A DNA stretch of 64,000 bases, taken from Paraspadella gotoi (taxonomy: Eukaryota > Animalia > Chaetognatha). Below the pieces are notes generated by a model. The model saw only the letters and a program-made list of their open reading frames with translations, was not told the origin of the DNA and searched no databases. The translations under genes and the position numbers were made by a program. The DNA lies in NCBI GenBank assembly GCA_051294375.1, contig CM119265.1, forward strand, positions 19,519,642 through 19,583,641. Reading direction: 5' to 3'. Shown piece by piece: positions 1 through 14,593 of the stretch. Numbering within the stretch: the first letter of the stretch is position 1; each line of letters begins with the position of its first letter.

Positions 1-75
1 AAGTGAAAGTCGAGACAGGCGATGGCAAAGAGCAAAAAACAGCAATTCGGGGAAAACCTTGGGTGGACGAGTAAC

Positions 76-157
<82 letters not shown>

Positions 158-336
158 CGACCACCTGAGTTCCATTGTACGAAAGATTAGACAAAATGGG
201 CGGACAACAAAGGCTCGATGAACAGACGCGGCTCCGGACGTCGGGACGAGAAAGACCGAAAAACCGAATTGGAGCCGGACGGAAGGCGGCGGAAAGACCG
301 GGAAAGACCGGGAAACTGATTGAAAGGGATCGGAAA
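1..336 (-). repeat. Inverted copy of 3506-3841, next to a 25-N gap (probable assembly redundancy)
   Basis: 1-60 (aagtgaaagtcgagacaggcgatggc...) is the reverse complement of about 3780-3841. Both copies end at a 25-N gap (337-361 and 3481-3505). Confidence 0.9.
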
Positions 337-361
337 NNNNNNNNNNNNNNNNNNNNNNNNN

Positions 362-458
362 TTTTTTTTTTTATTCTTCCTCTTCCTCCTCCTTATTTTC
401 TTCCACCTTTTCTTTCTCCTTCTCGACCAACGAGTCACTGGAAGAAAAATGGATTCCT

Positions 459-494
<36 letters not shown>

Positions 495-998
495 TTTTTT
501 AAGTTTCTAACTTTTTTTTTCGTTGTTTTTTTTTTTTAATTTTGGTTTTCCTTCTTTTTGGGTTTCGATCTTTCTTCTCTTTTCTCTTGATTTTTCTCTC
601 CTTTTTTTCTTTATTTTATTACTTTTTTTTTCTCTGAAAAATAAAGGGCAAACAAAAAAAAAATTGAGAAAGGTAGACAGAAGCAATTTTTTTTTCTCGC
701 GCCGACAAACGAAACGGTTCGGAAGTTAGGGATGGAGTTTTTGCTGAAAAGTTCGGTGCAAAAAGGGTAAGGGAGTAGGATGAGTTTGAATCCGTGGAAA
801 TCGTTGGGGAGGATGAGATTTCTTTGTCGCAGTTGATCGGAGAGAGGGCGCGGGTTCTCTTGTTTAGAGGTCGGGACTCTGGGGAAAACAAATCCTCCTC
901 CTCCTCTTCCTCCTCCTCCTCATTTACTCCCAAAACAGATTCTCTCTGACTGGAGGTTTTTTGTGATGGCGACACAAGAGCGCGGACAAAAGCGAAAC

Positions 999-1077
<79 letters not shown>

Positions 1078-2729
1078 AGTCAAGCTTTTCACTGTGAAAC
1101 CTGTTTTGAGGAAGAAATTAGAAACGCGTCGCTGCGGTTGGTTTTTAGGAAGAACCTGAAGCCATAAACCGATATGTATGTTTTTATGTATGTTTGAATC
1201 TAAAACGAAAAATAATATCAAAGTTTACTTAGACAAGCAAGAATATATTCTCTTGGCGGGTATGGTCAGATACGTGAAATCACTCGACTCATTTTCTCGT
1301 TAAAAAAAATTTAAGATTCATACTACAATACAACAAAATCACGCGAAACATATTGTGAAACAATCCGAACGAAAATAGTTACTAAGATTTTGCTACGAAC
1401 TACATTCAAATAGTCAATAGTCACCACGTTCTCTGACATTTAATAGTTACTGTGACATATGAGAAGTGGCAATTATCGACCGTTCTACAATGAGCGATTA
1501 AATATAACTTCCAAAATATTATATAATATATATATATATATATATATAATATTATACTATATTAAACTATTGATATCGACAAATCTAAATTCTCCTTGAA
1601 TATCTCTACAAACAACGATGACAACTAATGTTTTGAAAATCAAGTATGGATCAAGTGTGCGACGACCAATGACCAATGGCAAATGACTATCCTGCAAAGT
1701 CGAGATGCAGCAAGGACCGGTCCCGCAGTCCGCACCCCTCGATGCTCTCCTCCGGATCCTTCAGCTCTCTCGACGGAACTTCGCTCGTCTTGAAGACGGG
1801 CGTCCTCGCCCCCGGACCCTTTGCTTCGGTCAAAGCCGCCGACAACGCCGTCCACACGTGGCGCAGCGTCTCTTCAAACCGAAAGTGGCGCTGAAATCGG
1901 TCGCCGGATGGCGTCTTGACGGCGAGAAGTATGCGTGGCTCGTCGGGAGCTGGCGGGATTGGCAGATGGGCGAGTGGGCGCCAGGAATTGTCGGGCGAAT
2001 GAGAGAGACGATTGGGACGGTCCAGGACTTGATCTCCGGCGTCGCCTTCGCGCATCCAACCACCGACAAAAGAAGTCGAGGACGGATCCAGGACGCGGCT
2101 GCAGCCACCGCCATCATCGCTGCAGCCACCGCCTCCGTCGCTGCAGCCGCCGCCTCCGTCGCTGCAGATGTGGTGATCGTCGTTAAAATTTACATTTTTT
2201 TCGTTATTCCGCTTTATTTCGTCGTCATCGTCTTCGTTAGAATCATCGTCGTCGTCGTCGACGTCGTTTCCAGCTTCGACCGAGGCGCCTATGGCCGGAA
2301 GAGGGCGTCGACGCGAGGCGGCCCCGAGACGTAGTTCGGATTTGACCGGAAGTAAGAGTCGCGCGGCGTCATTTTGACGCGAAGAGTAGACGAGCGAAGG
2401 AGGATCCGTCGCGTAGGGGGCGAGGGAGGGCGATCATGAGCGAAGGTTGGCCGTCGAAGGGGTGACTGTGCTAGGAGGGGGTGGAGTTCGAGAAGAGCGG
2501 GGGTAGGAGCGGGGGCGGGGTGGGGGTGGGGCGGGCGTTAAGTGATAAGGTGACGTCGGCTTTAATTGATCGAGATTCGGTTAACGAGGAAACGTTGACT
2601 GTAGAAGAGAAAGTTGACGAATAGACGTCGTTGGTCGTCGTTCGTGTCGTCGTCGTCGTCGTTCACTTCATCGTCAAATCCAAACGGGAAAGCGACGGGA
2701 GACAAAACGGAATTCGAATCGACGTCGCC

Positions 2730-2760
<31 letters not shown>

Positions 2761-3480
2761 ACGCCGCCGCCGCCTCCGCCCGCCGCCGTCGCCGCCACCG
2801 ACCGTCGCCGCCACCGCCGCCTTCGTCGCCGACTTTTTGTTTTCTGCCGGAAATGACGCCGGTTCGTGGTCGGCGACGCCGCGTCGTGGAATCACAGTTC
2901 CGGCGAAGAATAATCGGTTCCGGATTTCGTTCTCGCTTCGGTCGCTTGTTCCCGTCCGATTTCGATGTTTTCCTTGTCGTTCCGTGTGTCGTCGTCGTCG
3001 TCGTCGTCGTCGTCGTCTCGTCGTCGTCGATGTCATCGTTGTCGCGGCGTCGTTAGCGATTTAGAGAATGACGTAAACATTGGCGTAGTCTGCGGCGCGG
3101 GAGACGGATTCGTTAAAGTTAAGGAGTCCAGTTCGCAGATATCGCGCCCGCGTCACATGATGACGCCACTCGCCACGAATCAGCGTCAAATGACGATTCG
3201 TTCGGCGTCATCCAAGCGAAACGATCGTTGTCTTCTTCGGAAAAATATCTGTGTTTGTATAAATTTTTATTTGCATTATTATTCCTTCGTACCTTTTTTT
3301 AAAAGTTCTTTTCGGTTCCTTAATTTAAAATTTTCTATAACGTCTATTCAATCTTTGCTTTCCTCTTTCTCTCTAACTTTCTTTTTCCTCGTCGATCTCC
3401 CCTTTTTCCTCTTATTAACCTTCCTTTTATTTCTTATTTCTCATCTCCTTCCCCTTCTCTTCGTATGTTCATCTTTCCCT
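362..3480 (+). repeat. 3.1 kb direct duplicate of about 4473-7559, bounded by 25-N gaps on both sides
   Basis: Near-identical throughout (e.g. 1640-2340 vs 5740-6440). Differences are mostly 1-nt indels and repeat-length changes. Confidence 0.92.
1687..3248 (-). CDS. Duplicate copy of the last exon of the UBXN10-like gene (UBX domain intact in this copy)
   Basis: ORF 1687-2055 EPRILLAVKTPSGDRFQRHFRFEETL...FKTSEVPSRELKDPEESIEGCGLRDRSLLHL is a C-terminal UBX domain. Acceptor cacag|ATATTT at 3248. The upstream exon is missing because of the gap. Confidence 0.7.
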
Positions 3481-3505
3481 NNNNNNNNNNNNNNNNNNNN
3501 NNNNN

Positions 3506-3685
3506 TTTCCGATCACTTTTCAATCAGTTTCCCGGTCTTTCCCGGTCTTTCCGCCGCCTTCCGTCCGGCTCCAATTCGGTTTTTCGGTCTTTCTCGTCCC
3601 GACGTCCGGAGCCGCGTCTGTTCATCGAGCCTTTGTTGTCCGCCCATTTTGTCTAATCTTTCGTACAATGGAACTCAGGTGGTCG

Positions 3686-3767
<82 letters not shown>

Positions 3768-5094
3768 GTTACTCGTCCACCCAAGGTTTTCCCCGAATTG
3801 CATTTTTTGCTCTTTGCCATCGCCTGTCTCGACTTTCACTTTTTCTCCTTTATCATTGTCTTCTTTTTATTTCGTTGTTTCCTTTACTTTTTTTGTTTTT
3901 TGTTTTGTTTTAAATCGTTCTCCTTTCCTTTTTGTCCAACGATTACCGCTACTTTTTCCGTCACCACAGATTGTTTTGTTTTGACTTCACCTTCTTGGTT
4001 TCCTTTCCGTCTTACGATCCCTTTCCCTCATTCCCTCCTTTTGCCCCATCCCTTTCCCCCTTCTCCCCTCCTCCCCTTCCTCCCCCTTCTTCCCCTTTCC
4101 CCTTCACCTGCCACCGACTCCTGCTCCGGCTCCGGCGGTGGTGGACGTTCCGAGTCGTCGGTAGATTCTCTTCTCTTCTCTCCTCCTCTCTCCTCTCTTT
4201 CTCCTCTCCTCCTCCCTCACTCCATCTCCCTCTCCCTCTTCCTCGACCTCGGTGCGGACTCGTCCTCCTCCAATTCCTCCACCTCCCGATCGTCGTCTCG
4301 TCTTCTCTCCTCCTCTCTTCCTCCCTTCTCCTCCCCCGTTCTTGTTCCTCCTCGTCTCCCTCGCGCCTCCGGGAAGAAAATTGTTTTCGTCTTCATCCAT
4401 TTTAAGCAAAGAGTCTCTCCCCCGTCTCCTTCATCTTCTTCTTCTTCTTCTTCTTCTTCTCCTTCTTTTGGTTTTTTTTTTTTATTCTTCCTCTTCCTCC
4501 TCTTTTTTCTCCACCTTTTCTTTCTCCTTCTCGACCAACGAGTCACTGGAGAAAAATGGATTCCTTCTTCTTTTTTCTTCTTTCTTTCTTTCTTTTTTTT
4601 TTCTTTTTTTTTTAGTTTCTAACTTTTTTTTTCGTTGTTTTTTTTTTTTAATTTTGGTTTTCCTTCTTTTTGGGTTTCGATTTTCCTTCTCTTTCTCTTG
4701 ATTTTCTCTCCTTTTTTTCTTTTTTATTACTTTTTTTCTCTGAAAAATAAAGGGCAAACAAAAAAAAAAATTGAAGAAAGGTAGACAGAAGCAATTTTTT
4801 TTCTCGCGCCGACAAACGAAACGGTTCGGAAGTTAGGGATGGAGTTTTTGCTGAAAAGGTCGGTGCAAAAAGCGTGGGTAAGGGAGTAGGATGAGTTTGA
4901 ATCCGTGGAAATCGTTGGGGAGGATGAGATTTCTTTGTCGCAGTTGATCGGAGAGAGGGCGCGGGTTCTCTTGTTTAGAGGTCGGGACTCTGGGAAAACA
5001 AATCCTCCTCCTCCTTCCCCTCCTCCTCATTTACTCCCAAACAGATTCTCTCTGACTGGAGGTTTTTTGTGATGGCGACACAAAGCGCGACAAA

Positions 5095-5191
<97 letters not shown>

Positions 5192-5260
5192 AAGCTTTCA
5201 CTGTGAAACCTTTTTGAGGAAGAATTAGAAACGCGTCGCTGCGGTTGTTTTTTAGGAAGA
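3506..5260 (-). CDS. Possible low-complexity, highly charged (E/K/R/S-rich) coding region of unknown function, with frameshifts
   Basis: Overlapping minus-strand frames give protein-like text (DLFSPESRPLNKRTRALSPINCDKEISSSP; DDDREVEELEEDESAPRSRKRERE). No recognisable domain and no resolved exon structure. Confidence 0.3.
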
Positions 5261-5623
5261 ACCTAAGCCATAAACCGATATGTATGTTTTTATGTATGTT
5301 TGAATCTAAAACGAAAATAATATCAAAGTTTACTTAGACAAGCAAGAATATATTCTCTTGGCGGGTATGGTCAGATACGTGAAATCACTCGACTCATTTT
5401 CTCGTTAAAAAAAATTTAAGATTCATACTACAATACAACAAAATCACGCGAAACATATTGTGAAACAATCCGAACGAAAATAGTTACTAAGATTTTGCTA
5501 CGACACACATTCAAAGTCAATAGTCACCACGTTCTCTGACATTTAATAGTTACTGTGACATATGAGAAGTGGCAATTATCGACCGTTCTACAATGAGCGA
5601 TAAATATAACTTCAAAATATTAT

Positions 5624-5661
<38 letters not shown>

Positions 5662-5787
5662 TCATATAAACTATGATATCGACAAATCTAAATTCTCCTT
5701 AATATCTCTACAAAAACGATGACAACTAATGTTTTGAAAATCAAGTATGGATCAAGTGTGCGACGACCAATGACCAATGGCAAATGA

Positions 5788-7055
5788 CTATCCTGCAAAG
5801 TCGAGATGCAGCAAGGACCTGTTCGCCAGTCCGCACCCCTCGTGCTCTCCTCCGGATCCTTCAGCTCTCTCGACGGAACTTCGCTCGTCTTGAAGACGGG
5901 CGTCTCGCCCCCGGACCCTTTGCTTCGGGTCAAAGCCGCCGACAACGCCGTCCACACGTGGCGCAGCGTCTCTTCAAACCGAAAGTGGCGCTGAAATCGG
6001 TCGCCGGATGGCGTCTTGACGGCGAGAAGTATGCGTGGCTCGTCGGGAGCTGGCGGGATTGGCAGATGGGCGAGTGGGCGCCAGGAATTGTCGGGCGAAT
6101 GAGAGAGACGATTGGGACGGTCCAGGACTTGATCTCCGGCGTCGCCTTCGCGCATCCAACCACCGACAAAAGAAGTCGAGGACGGATCCAGGACGCGGCT
6201 GCAGCCACCGCCATCATCGCTGCAGCCACCGCCTCCGTCGCTGCAGCCGCCGCCTCCGTCGCTGCAGATGTGGTGATCGTCGTTAAAATTTACATTTTTT
6301 TCGTTATTCCGCTTATTTCGTCGTCATCGTCTCGTTAGAATCATCGTCGTCGTCGTCGACGTCGTTTCCAGCTTCGACCGAGGCGCCTATGGCCGGAAGA
6401 GGGCGTCGACGCGAGGCGGCCCCGAGACGTAGTTCGGATTGACCGGAAGTAAGAGTCGCGCGGCGTCATTTTGACGCGAAGAGTAGACGAGCGAAGGAGG
6501 ATCCGTCGCGTAGGGGCGAGGAGGGCGATGAGGAGAGGTGGGTCGAAGGGGTGACTGTGCTAGGGAGGGGGATGGAGTTCGAGAAGAGGCGGGAGTAGGA
6601 GCGGGGGCGGGGGGGGTGGGGGCGGGCGTTAAGTGATAAGGTGACGTCGGCTTTAAAGTTGATCGAGATTCGGTTAACGAGGAAACGTTGACTGTAGAAG
6701 AGAAAGTTGACGAATAGACGTCGTTGTGGTCGTCGTCGTCGTTCACTTCATCGTCAAATCCAAACGGGGAAGCGACGGGAGACAAAACGGAATTCGAATC
6801 GACGTCGCACCGCCACCGCCGCCGCCGCCGCCGCCGCCCGCGCCGCCGCCGCCGCCGCCGCCGCCGCCGTCGCCGCCACCACCGTCGCCGCCACCGCCGC
6901 CTTCGTCGCCGACTTTTGTTTTCTGCCGGAAATGACGCCGGTTCGTGGTCGGCGACGCCGCGGTCGTGGAATCACAGTTCCGGCGAAGAATAATCGGTTC
7001 CGGATTTCGTTCTCGCTTCGGTCGCTTGTTCCCGTCCGATTTCGATGTTTTCCTT

Positions 7056-7106
<51 letters not shown>

Positions 7107-8169
7107 GTCATCGTTGTCGTCGGCGTCGTTAGCGATTTAGAGAATGACGTAAACATTGGCGTAGTCTGCGGCGCGGGAGACGGATTCGTTAAAGTTAAGG
7201 AGTCCAGTTCGCAGATATCGCGCCCGCCGTCACATGATGACGCCACTCGCCACGAATCAGCGTCAAATGACGATTCGTTCGGCGTCATCCAAGCGAAACG
7301 ATCGTTGTCTTCTTCGGAAAAATATCTGTGTTTGTATAAATTTTTATTTGCATTATTATTCCTTCGTACCTTTTTTTAAAAGTTCTTTTCGGTTCCTTAA
7401 TTTAAATTTTCTATAACGTCTATTCAATCTTTGCTTTCCTCTTTCTCTCTAACTTTCTTTTTCCTCGTCGATCTCCCCTTTTTCCTCTTTATTAACCTTC
7501 CTTTTTATTTCTTATTTCTCATCTCCTTCCCCTTCTCTTCGTATGTTTCATCTTTCCCTCCTTTCCTTCTTCCCTCCATCCCTCACCCACCCCACCCTCA
7601 CTGCCTCACCTTTTCGTCTTAAAATTCCTTGCCCTCTTCCGCCTCAGACTGAGCATCGCCTCAGTCTGTTTTTTCTGTCTCTCCGTCGGAGGACGAGGAC
7701 GCTGTAGTGGCTGTTGTGGCTGAGGTTCGTGGTGTTGAGGCATTATTTCCGGCTGTTGTGGCGGCTGCGGAGGATGCATTGTTCTCGACGCAAACGTCGC
7801 CTTTGTCGCCGTCTCATCGGCCGGGGTCGTCGTCATCCTCTTTGTCGTCTCCCTGTCTTTCCTCGGTTCGGCACGCGTCTCGTTTCCGCCCTTCGGGTTT
7901 CGCATTTCCCTCACGCGCCCATCCGGAGACCATCCCGGCGCGCCCGACGCCGCCGTCGCCGCCGTTTCAGTCGGCGCTGCCGAGCGAAGCGCTGTGAGAC
8001 GCCGAGCGAAACTCGGCGCCGTCGACGGGAGACGCAGAATGGCGGATGCGGCTGAAGCGGCGTCATCGACGACGACGAGACTCGCGAAGGCGTCGGCGAC
8101 TCGGCAACCGGCGTCGTCGGCGGAGTCGATTCCGGCGCCGGATGATGAAGCGACGAAAGCGGACGTCAT
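5788..8169 (-). CDS. UBX domain-containing protein, UBXN10-like (p97/VCP cofactor family). Coding exons 8169-7610 and 7325-5788, with apparent indel errors
   Basis: Donor AAAAG|GTGAGG (7610) and acceptor cacag|ATAT (7325) join in frame (KTKR-YFSEEDNDRFAW). C-terminal UBX resembles the UBXN10 motifs PRLLLAVRSP.G.RF.RHF and METMEVPRR. Start ATG at 8169 is inferred from an upstream in-frame stop. A candidate 5'UTR donor lies at 8806. Confidence 0.72.
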
Positions 8170-8854
8170 AGAGACGATTAATGAAGCTGGAGAAAAGTAG
8201 GACGCGATTGATGGAGTCGAGATTCTCCTTGCTGGAGGCGAGGACAATGGACGGACGGGCGCATATTATTAGCAAAACCTGGGAAGATATGGTAAGATCT
8301 TCTACAGTTGAGATTATTTCGTTTAGTAAATTGATTTCGTCAATATAAAAGTAACGCAAAGAATTATTTACAAATTTCAGTTAACATGAAGTCGCCACAA
8401 AATCTCTATGGTCTATCACTCGAAAAATCAAATATTAATCCTCCAATGTAGAGGGAAATTTTGTTTTTTTCAATTCAGAAATTTCAGAGTCCATCTGGTG
8501 CGACAACCACAATCGAAATGGCAAGATTGTGTAGCACGCTCTCTCTTTCGTCGTCTTTAAATTTCGCTAGTCTTACCTATTAGGTTTAAACTATTTATTT
8601 TTTGTTAATTAAATTACAAAAATTATCGCCTAAAAAAAAAAACCATGCTCCAGTCGTTGCGTTTTTTCCATGAATTTTTAGGCTCTAATTATTTCGCATT
8701 CATAAAACATGAGACTCGTAAACAAAAAAGTGAAACGTGAGTGAAGACTGAAGAGTCACTGTCTTTGTTTAAGACTCTATTTTCCTTCACAAACAACGTT
8801 ACTCACCTCATTCGGGACCCTGATCCGCAGGGGGAACTCACTCTAGACCCCTTT

Positions 8855-8946
<92 letters not shown>

Positions 8947-9117
8947 TCTCATTAGCAGTCAAAAATTGTTTCGTCCCGTCGCTGTTTCCGGGGAAATTGC
9001 CTCTTGAATAAACAAGGAAGACAGAAACTAAAGATTTTTTTCTTTCTTTCCAACCGACTGATTTTTTCTTTCTTTTGTGTCTTTGTTTTTTTTTCTCTTT
9101 CTTTTTCTTTCATTCAA

Positions 9118-9718
<601 letters not shown>

Positions 9719-11205
9719 CTAAATTTATGATTCGAGTCGGAATGTAAACTTCTAATGACGATGTGTAGTGAGTCTTTTTCTTTTCTTTATGAAGCAAAAA
9801 TGTACACATAATCAAAGATTAGTACTAGAATTTGAATTAGAATTATAATTAGAATTCGGAATAGAAGTAGCCGTAACTAACGTGTACATACTATAATAAT
9901 ATTTTAAAATGGCTATTTGACGAAATTATTGTCAATTTAAAATTAATTACCAGTTTTATGTATGTAAAATTGTACACAGCGGAAGCACAAATTTGCACTG
10001 ACCCTCAAACAAATATTACGAAAGCAGGATATAAAAAAAATAGAAGAAAAACTTTCGTTGGTCAACATGAATGTTTAATCATTTTAAATTTACTTTCTCA
10101 TATTTTTCGAGAAAAAAAAATTAAATTCGAGAAAAAGGTAAAAAGGACGGTGTGTCTAACGGTGGCCATGGATACGGGTTTAGTTCAGCCAATGAGAGTT
10201 AAGTCTCGGACCAATCAAATAACACCAATCTTCAACACGATCCGGAGAACTAGTGTAAAGCGATNNNNNNNNNNATCAAAATCTCTCTCTTTCTCTTTGT
10301 ATCTTCTGGGATATAAGGTCGTAAATTAGCTGTAATTGGATTCCACACCAATACAATATAAAGCGTTTTTTATTCCATATTTTTATTTGTTTTGATCCTT
10401 TTTTTTATTATTTTTTCTTCTCACTCTTCTGGTTCTCTCTTGTCCTCCCCTGCCCTTATCTTTTATTATTTGTCCCTTATTGTCCTTCCCTGCCCTTGTC
10501 TTCACTTTTTATCTATTCTTGTCCTTTCCTCTCCTTGTCTTCTCTTCTCTTTCTCCTTCTCTTCTCTTTCTCCTTCTCTTCTCTTTCTCTTCTCCTTCTC
10601 CTTCTTGTCTTCTTGTCATATTCCGTGTCAACCTCTCCTATGAATACTGTTGTGCGAGTCTGTGAGAGGAGCCAGAGGCAGCAAAGGCCAAACCGGAACA
10701 AGACCCATGGCGAACAAAAAATTGTTTCGTCTCACACGTTGTTTTCGTCTCGGTCATCGTCATCGACGAAATTGTCGTCGTGATCATCGTTCTCGTCATC
10801 GTCTTCGTTATTTTCGAAATTGTCGTCGTCGTCGTCATCATCATCGTCATCATGATATCATCATTATCGTCATCATAGTCGTCATCATCAATATTATCAT
10901 CATCGACGGGCGAACAAACTCGTTGGGGGGCGTTGGTTGATCTTCACGTTGTTGTTGTTGTTGTTGTCGGCGATAATGTTGATTCCGTGAGTCGGCTTCA
11001 TCAAAGTTGCTAATGTCAGGATCACGTGACCTTAATCCAAGATGCATTCTGCTTTCCTAGTTTATGAAGTTTGGAAGCCGAAAGGTTTCAGACCTTCGAC
11101 GTCATGGTCGTCGTCGTCGTCTTCGTCATCGTCGTCGATGTGCCACAATCAAACATCGACTGACAAGTTCTTAGGAAATATTTCAGGCCATTGACGTGGG
11201 CTCTT

Positions 11206-11288
<83 letters not shown>

Positions 11289-11418
11289 CCTCCTCGCTCG
11301 CTCTCTCCAGACTGTGACCAGTTTCGCCGCGGCTTTAATGTCCGTCGCCCAGTCCTTTTTATAGACTCCCTCCGGCGTCGTCGGCCTTGAGAAACGCAAA
11401 GAATAAATTCGTCCCGCG

Positions 11419-11453
<35 letters not shown>

Positions 11454-13941
11454 GAGAGAGAGAGAGAGAGAGAGGAGGTCATATACTCAGCTCTCCCCGG
11501 ACGCAGCCATCCACCGGCAGCAGCCTGGCGCGCGGCTTCCGACCGACTCCTTCTCTTCCGGGATCTTCCGCTCGGATCGGGGAGATTTTCTTCTCTCTCG
11601 ATGGTGAGTCGGGCTTCTTCCGGTCCGATGTCCGAGCGGATATGGGCCGGAATTCTCTCTCTCTCTATCGCTCTTTCTCTTGCTTCTCTCTCTATCCTTG
11701 CTTTCTTGCTCTCTATTTCTCTTTTTTTTTTTTTTTTAAATTTTTATTTTTCCCGAAGGCCAGTTTTTAGTTGAGACAATATTTTTGGCGTCCATAGATA
11801 GACCTCATTATTCCCTAAAAACGATTTTACAATAATAGTTAGTTTTTGTAAAAATTAAATCTCTCTATTTTTACTATAAGAAACGAGACATTTTACGTAA
11901 AAGTTTATTCTCGATGCAGTAATTTTGTTATTTGTAATTTAGATTAATTTTTTCATCCCAAACATGTTGCTAAAGTATTTCAACAAAAGTAAATTTTTTA
12001 AGGCAAAAAAATAAAATAGAAGGTTCTGACTTCTTGTAGAGTACAAAAATTGGATCTAAATTAATTATTTCCATCTTTCTTTCTTTCTTTCTTTCCTTCT
12101 TTTTTCTCTTTCTTTCTCCGAATATCTTTCTTTCTTTCATTAATTCTTGCTTAATTTTCAAAGATCCAGATCCGCGCGAACCCATGATCGATCCGCTCGG
12201 AGGCAAGAGAGAGCAGAATCGGCGGTGACAGCGTAAGAGAGAAAAGAGTAAAGTTAGCCGCTGCGGCTCAGACCGGATCGACTTTGCAGTCGCGCGGATC
12301 CGGAGATTAAGGAGAAGGAAGAGAAAGAGGAGGAAGATGAGCCGAGCCGAAGTAGAGTCGAAAGGCAGGGAGCAGCCGCCGGCCGCCGCGCGGCTGCTTC
12401 CCGGACCTGCTGCTGATACGAGGCTTCTGAGTATAGCCCCATTGAGAGAGAGAGAGAGAGAGCAAGAGAGAGAGAGAGAGAGAGAGAGAAGTAGAGAGAG
12501 AGAGTCACCGAGAAAAACAGCTAAGGAGAAATGTGATAGAGAGAGCGAGTGAGACAGTGAGAAATAGAAGGAGAGTCGGTGACTGCGTGACGAGGCGCAT
12601 AAAAAAATCTTCCCCTTGAGTCGCGGTGATAATAATTCTGCCGCGAGATGGAAATATGGAAATGGCGGGGGGAAGTGGAAGGTGGCGGGTTTGGGGGGAA
12701 ATTGTTTGATGGTGGAGAGTACATGTATTTGTAGGAGGTGGTGTCTGGAGAATAGAATAGTTGCCGAGTGCAAAATACAGGAGGACAGAAGTCCAGGGAA
12801 AGTACGAGTTTTATGTGACGCAAGGGCGTTTGTGAAGAAAAAATTCTATACTGTGAACGACGGGGCTTGTTGTTGTTGTTGTTTTTTGAAGAGCAGAAAC
12901 GATTCTTGGGGGGGGGGAGATGTTTAGAAATATAAAGGGGGTGAGCGAAAGAGGAGTGGGGAATGTAGGTAGAGTGAGGGAAGCCCCTCTTACACTTTCG
13001 CGCTTTCGAGAGTCTAAATTTAGACTTTGCGGAAAATGATGAAAAGGATCGTAAATAAGAGATTTGCATCCGAAGCGTCGTTCGTCCCTCGACGTCGTCG
13101 TCGTCGTCGTTTGTCGTCAAAAAGCGAGGAAACAGAAGACGATGAGACGAAATCAGGGACGATTGTCGTCAGATTCTCGTACGACGATCGACGACAGTCC
13201 TCACTCCTCAGTCACGTGTTTCTTTATTTCGATCATTTTCTCGTATATCAATCGCAGGTGAAACGATGACCGGCGTCAGTCTCTCCAATTTATAAATCGC
13301 AGTCAACTTCGTCAGTCAGTCTCGTTCGACGTTCGCTGTAAGTGTCTCGTCTTTACGGTTAAATCGGTTATTTAAAAAAAATAGATTGATTGAATATATA
13401 TGAATAATCGATTGAGACTTTTTGACACCTCAACCAATAATGAGTAGATAATATCTCTATCACATAGATTGCATCACATTCGTGCATTCCTCTTTCTCCC
13501 AGACACCACCTCGATCCTTGTCCCCCTCTTGTCCCAAACGTCAACAGTCACAACTCCTCCCCCCCCTCGCCCCCCCCAAGAAAAACTAAGCCCATCACCT
13601 CTCGACAGGTGATTCGCATTCCGTCTCTTTCCGTCCCGAGGAAATTCTCCTGGGAGGGATAATGGCATCCGTCGATGCCGTAAGAAGGGGGAATGTTTTC
13701 GTGGGGATCTTCGAAAAATTGTAAAGCCGACCCGGGAAGCCGTTCCTCCCTCACCCTCCGAAAAAGTTATAGGGTATCAAGGATACGATTTTAAAAGAGT
13801 CTTTGAATGACACTAACGTCGTAAATAGTGTGTGACGTTGTAAATATTTTCAAACGAGCGGAATTTTTTGTTCTACGTTTCTCGATATAATCTCTAGATT
13901 TTGGATACAATTTAGGTCGTGAAGCTGTTGAAACCCGTGAA

Positions 13942-14023
13942 GGTAGCGTGGCCGAGCGGTCTAAGGCGCTGGTTTAAGGCACCAGTCTCCTCGGAGGCGT
14001 GGGTTCGAATCCCACCGCTGCCA
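13942..14023 (+). tRNA. tRNA-Leu, anticodon AAG
   Basis: GGTAGCGTGGCCGAGCGGTCTAAGGCGCTGGTTTAAGGCACCAGTCTCCTCGGAGGCGTGGGTTCGAATCCCACCGCTGCCA. Cloverleaf, anticodon arm CTGGT-TTAAGGC-ACCAG, long variable arm, A and B boxes, and a T run (Pol III terminator) at about 14043. Confidence 0.97.
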
Positions 14024-14142
14024 ATTACCTCTCTTTAGGGTGTTTTTATTTTTATGCAATCTGTCATAAGATTTTCTAATGCCTTAATTTTTGTTGTTGT
14101 TATTTTGTTTTGTTTTGTTTCGACACAAAGATTCTCAAATAA

Positions 14143-14226
14143 GTGAGCGTGGCCGAGCGCCGAGTCACTTGATGAAACAAGCCTCTTGACTCTTGAAAGC
14201 CGTGGGTTTAAAACGACCGCCTGTCA
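14143..14226 (+). pseudogene. Degenerate tRNA-Leu-derived sequence
   Basis: AGCGTGGCCGAGCG (14146-14159) is identical to the 5' part of the adjacent tRNA. GCCGTGGGTTTAAAACGACCGCCTGTCA resembles its 3' end at tRNA-like spacing, with the B box broken. Confidence 0.55.
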
Positions 14227-14265
14227 AAGGTTCTATTATTTCTATTTATTTCTATTTATTTGTAT

Positions 14266-14266
14266 C

Positions 14267-14362
<96 letters not shown>
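14266..14362. repeat. (TAT)n microsatellite
   Basis: About 31 consecutive TAT units. Confidence 0.95.
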
Positions 14363-14593
14363 CAATTAATATTATCTATTATTGTATGTATTTCGGACAA
14401 CGGTGACTGCCACCCAAGCGTATTTGGGGACGACCCTAATAAACAAACGAACCAGTAAAGGAAAAAACCTCTACAGTCCCGCGGCTTTTTTTTTTTCCCC
14501 TTTTCGGGGAAAATATAAAATCCGAGTCTCTCTGTCTCTTTTCTTTTCTCCGCATAATAAATCTCCGAGGACAAAGCCATGTTGTTTCGAGTC

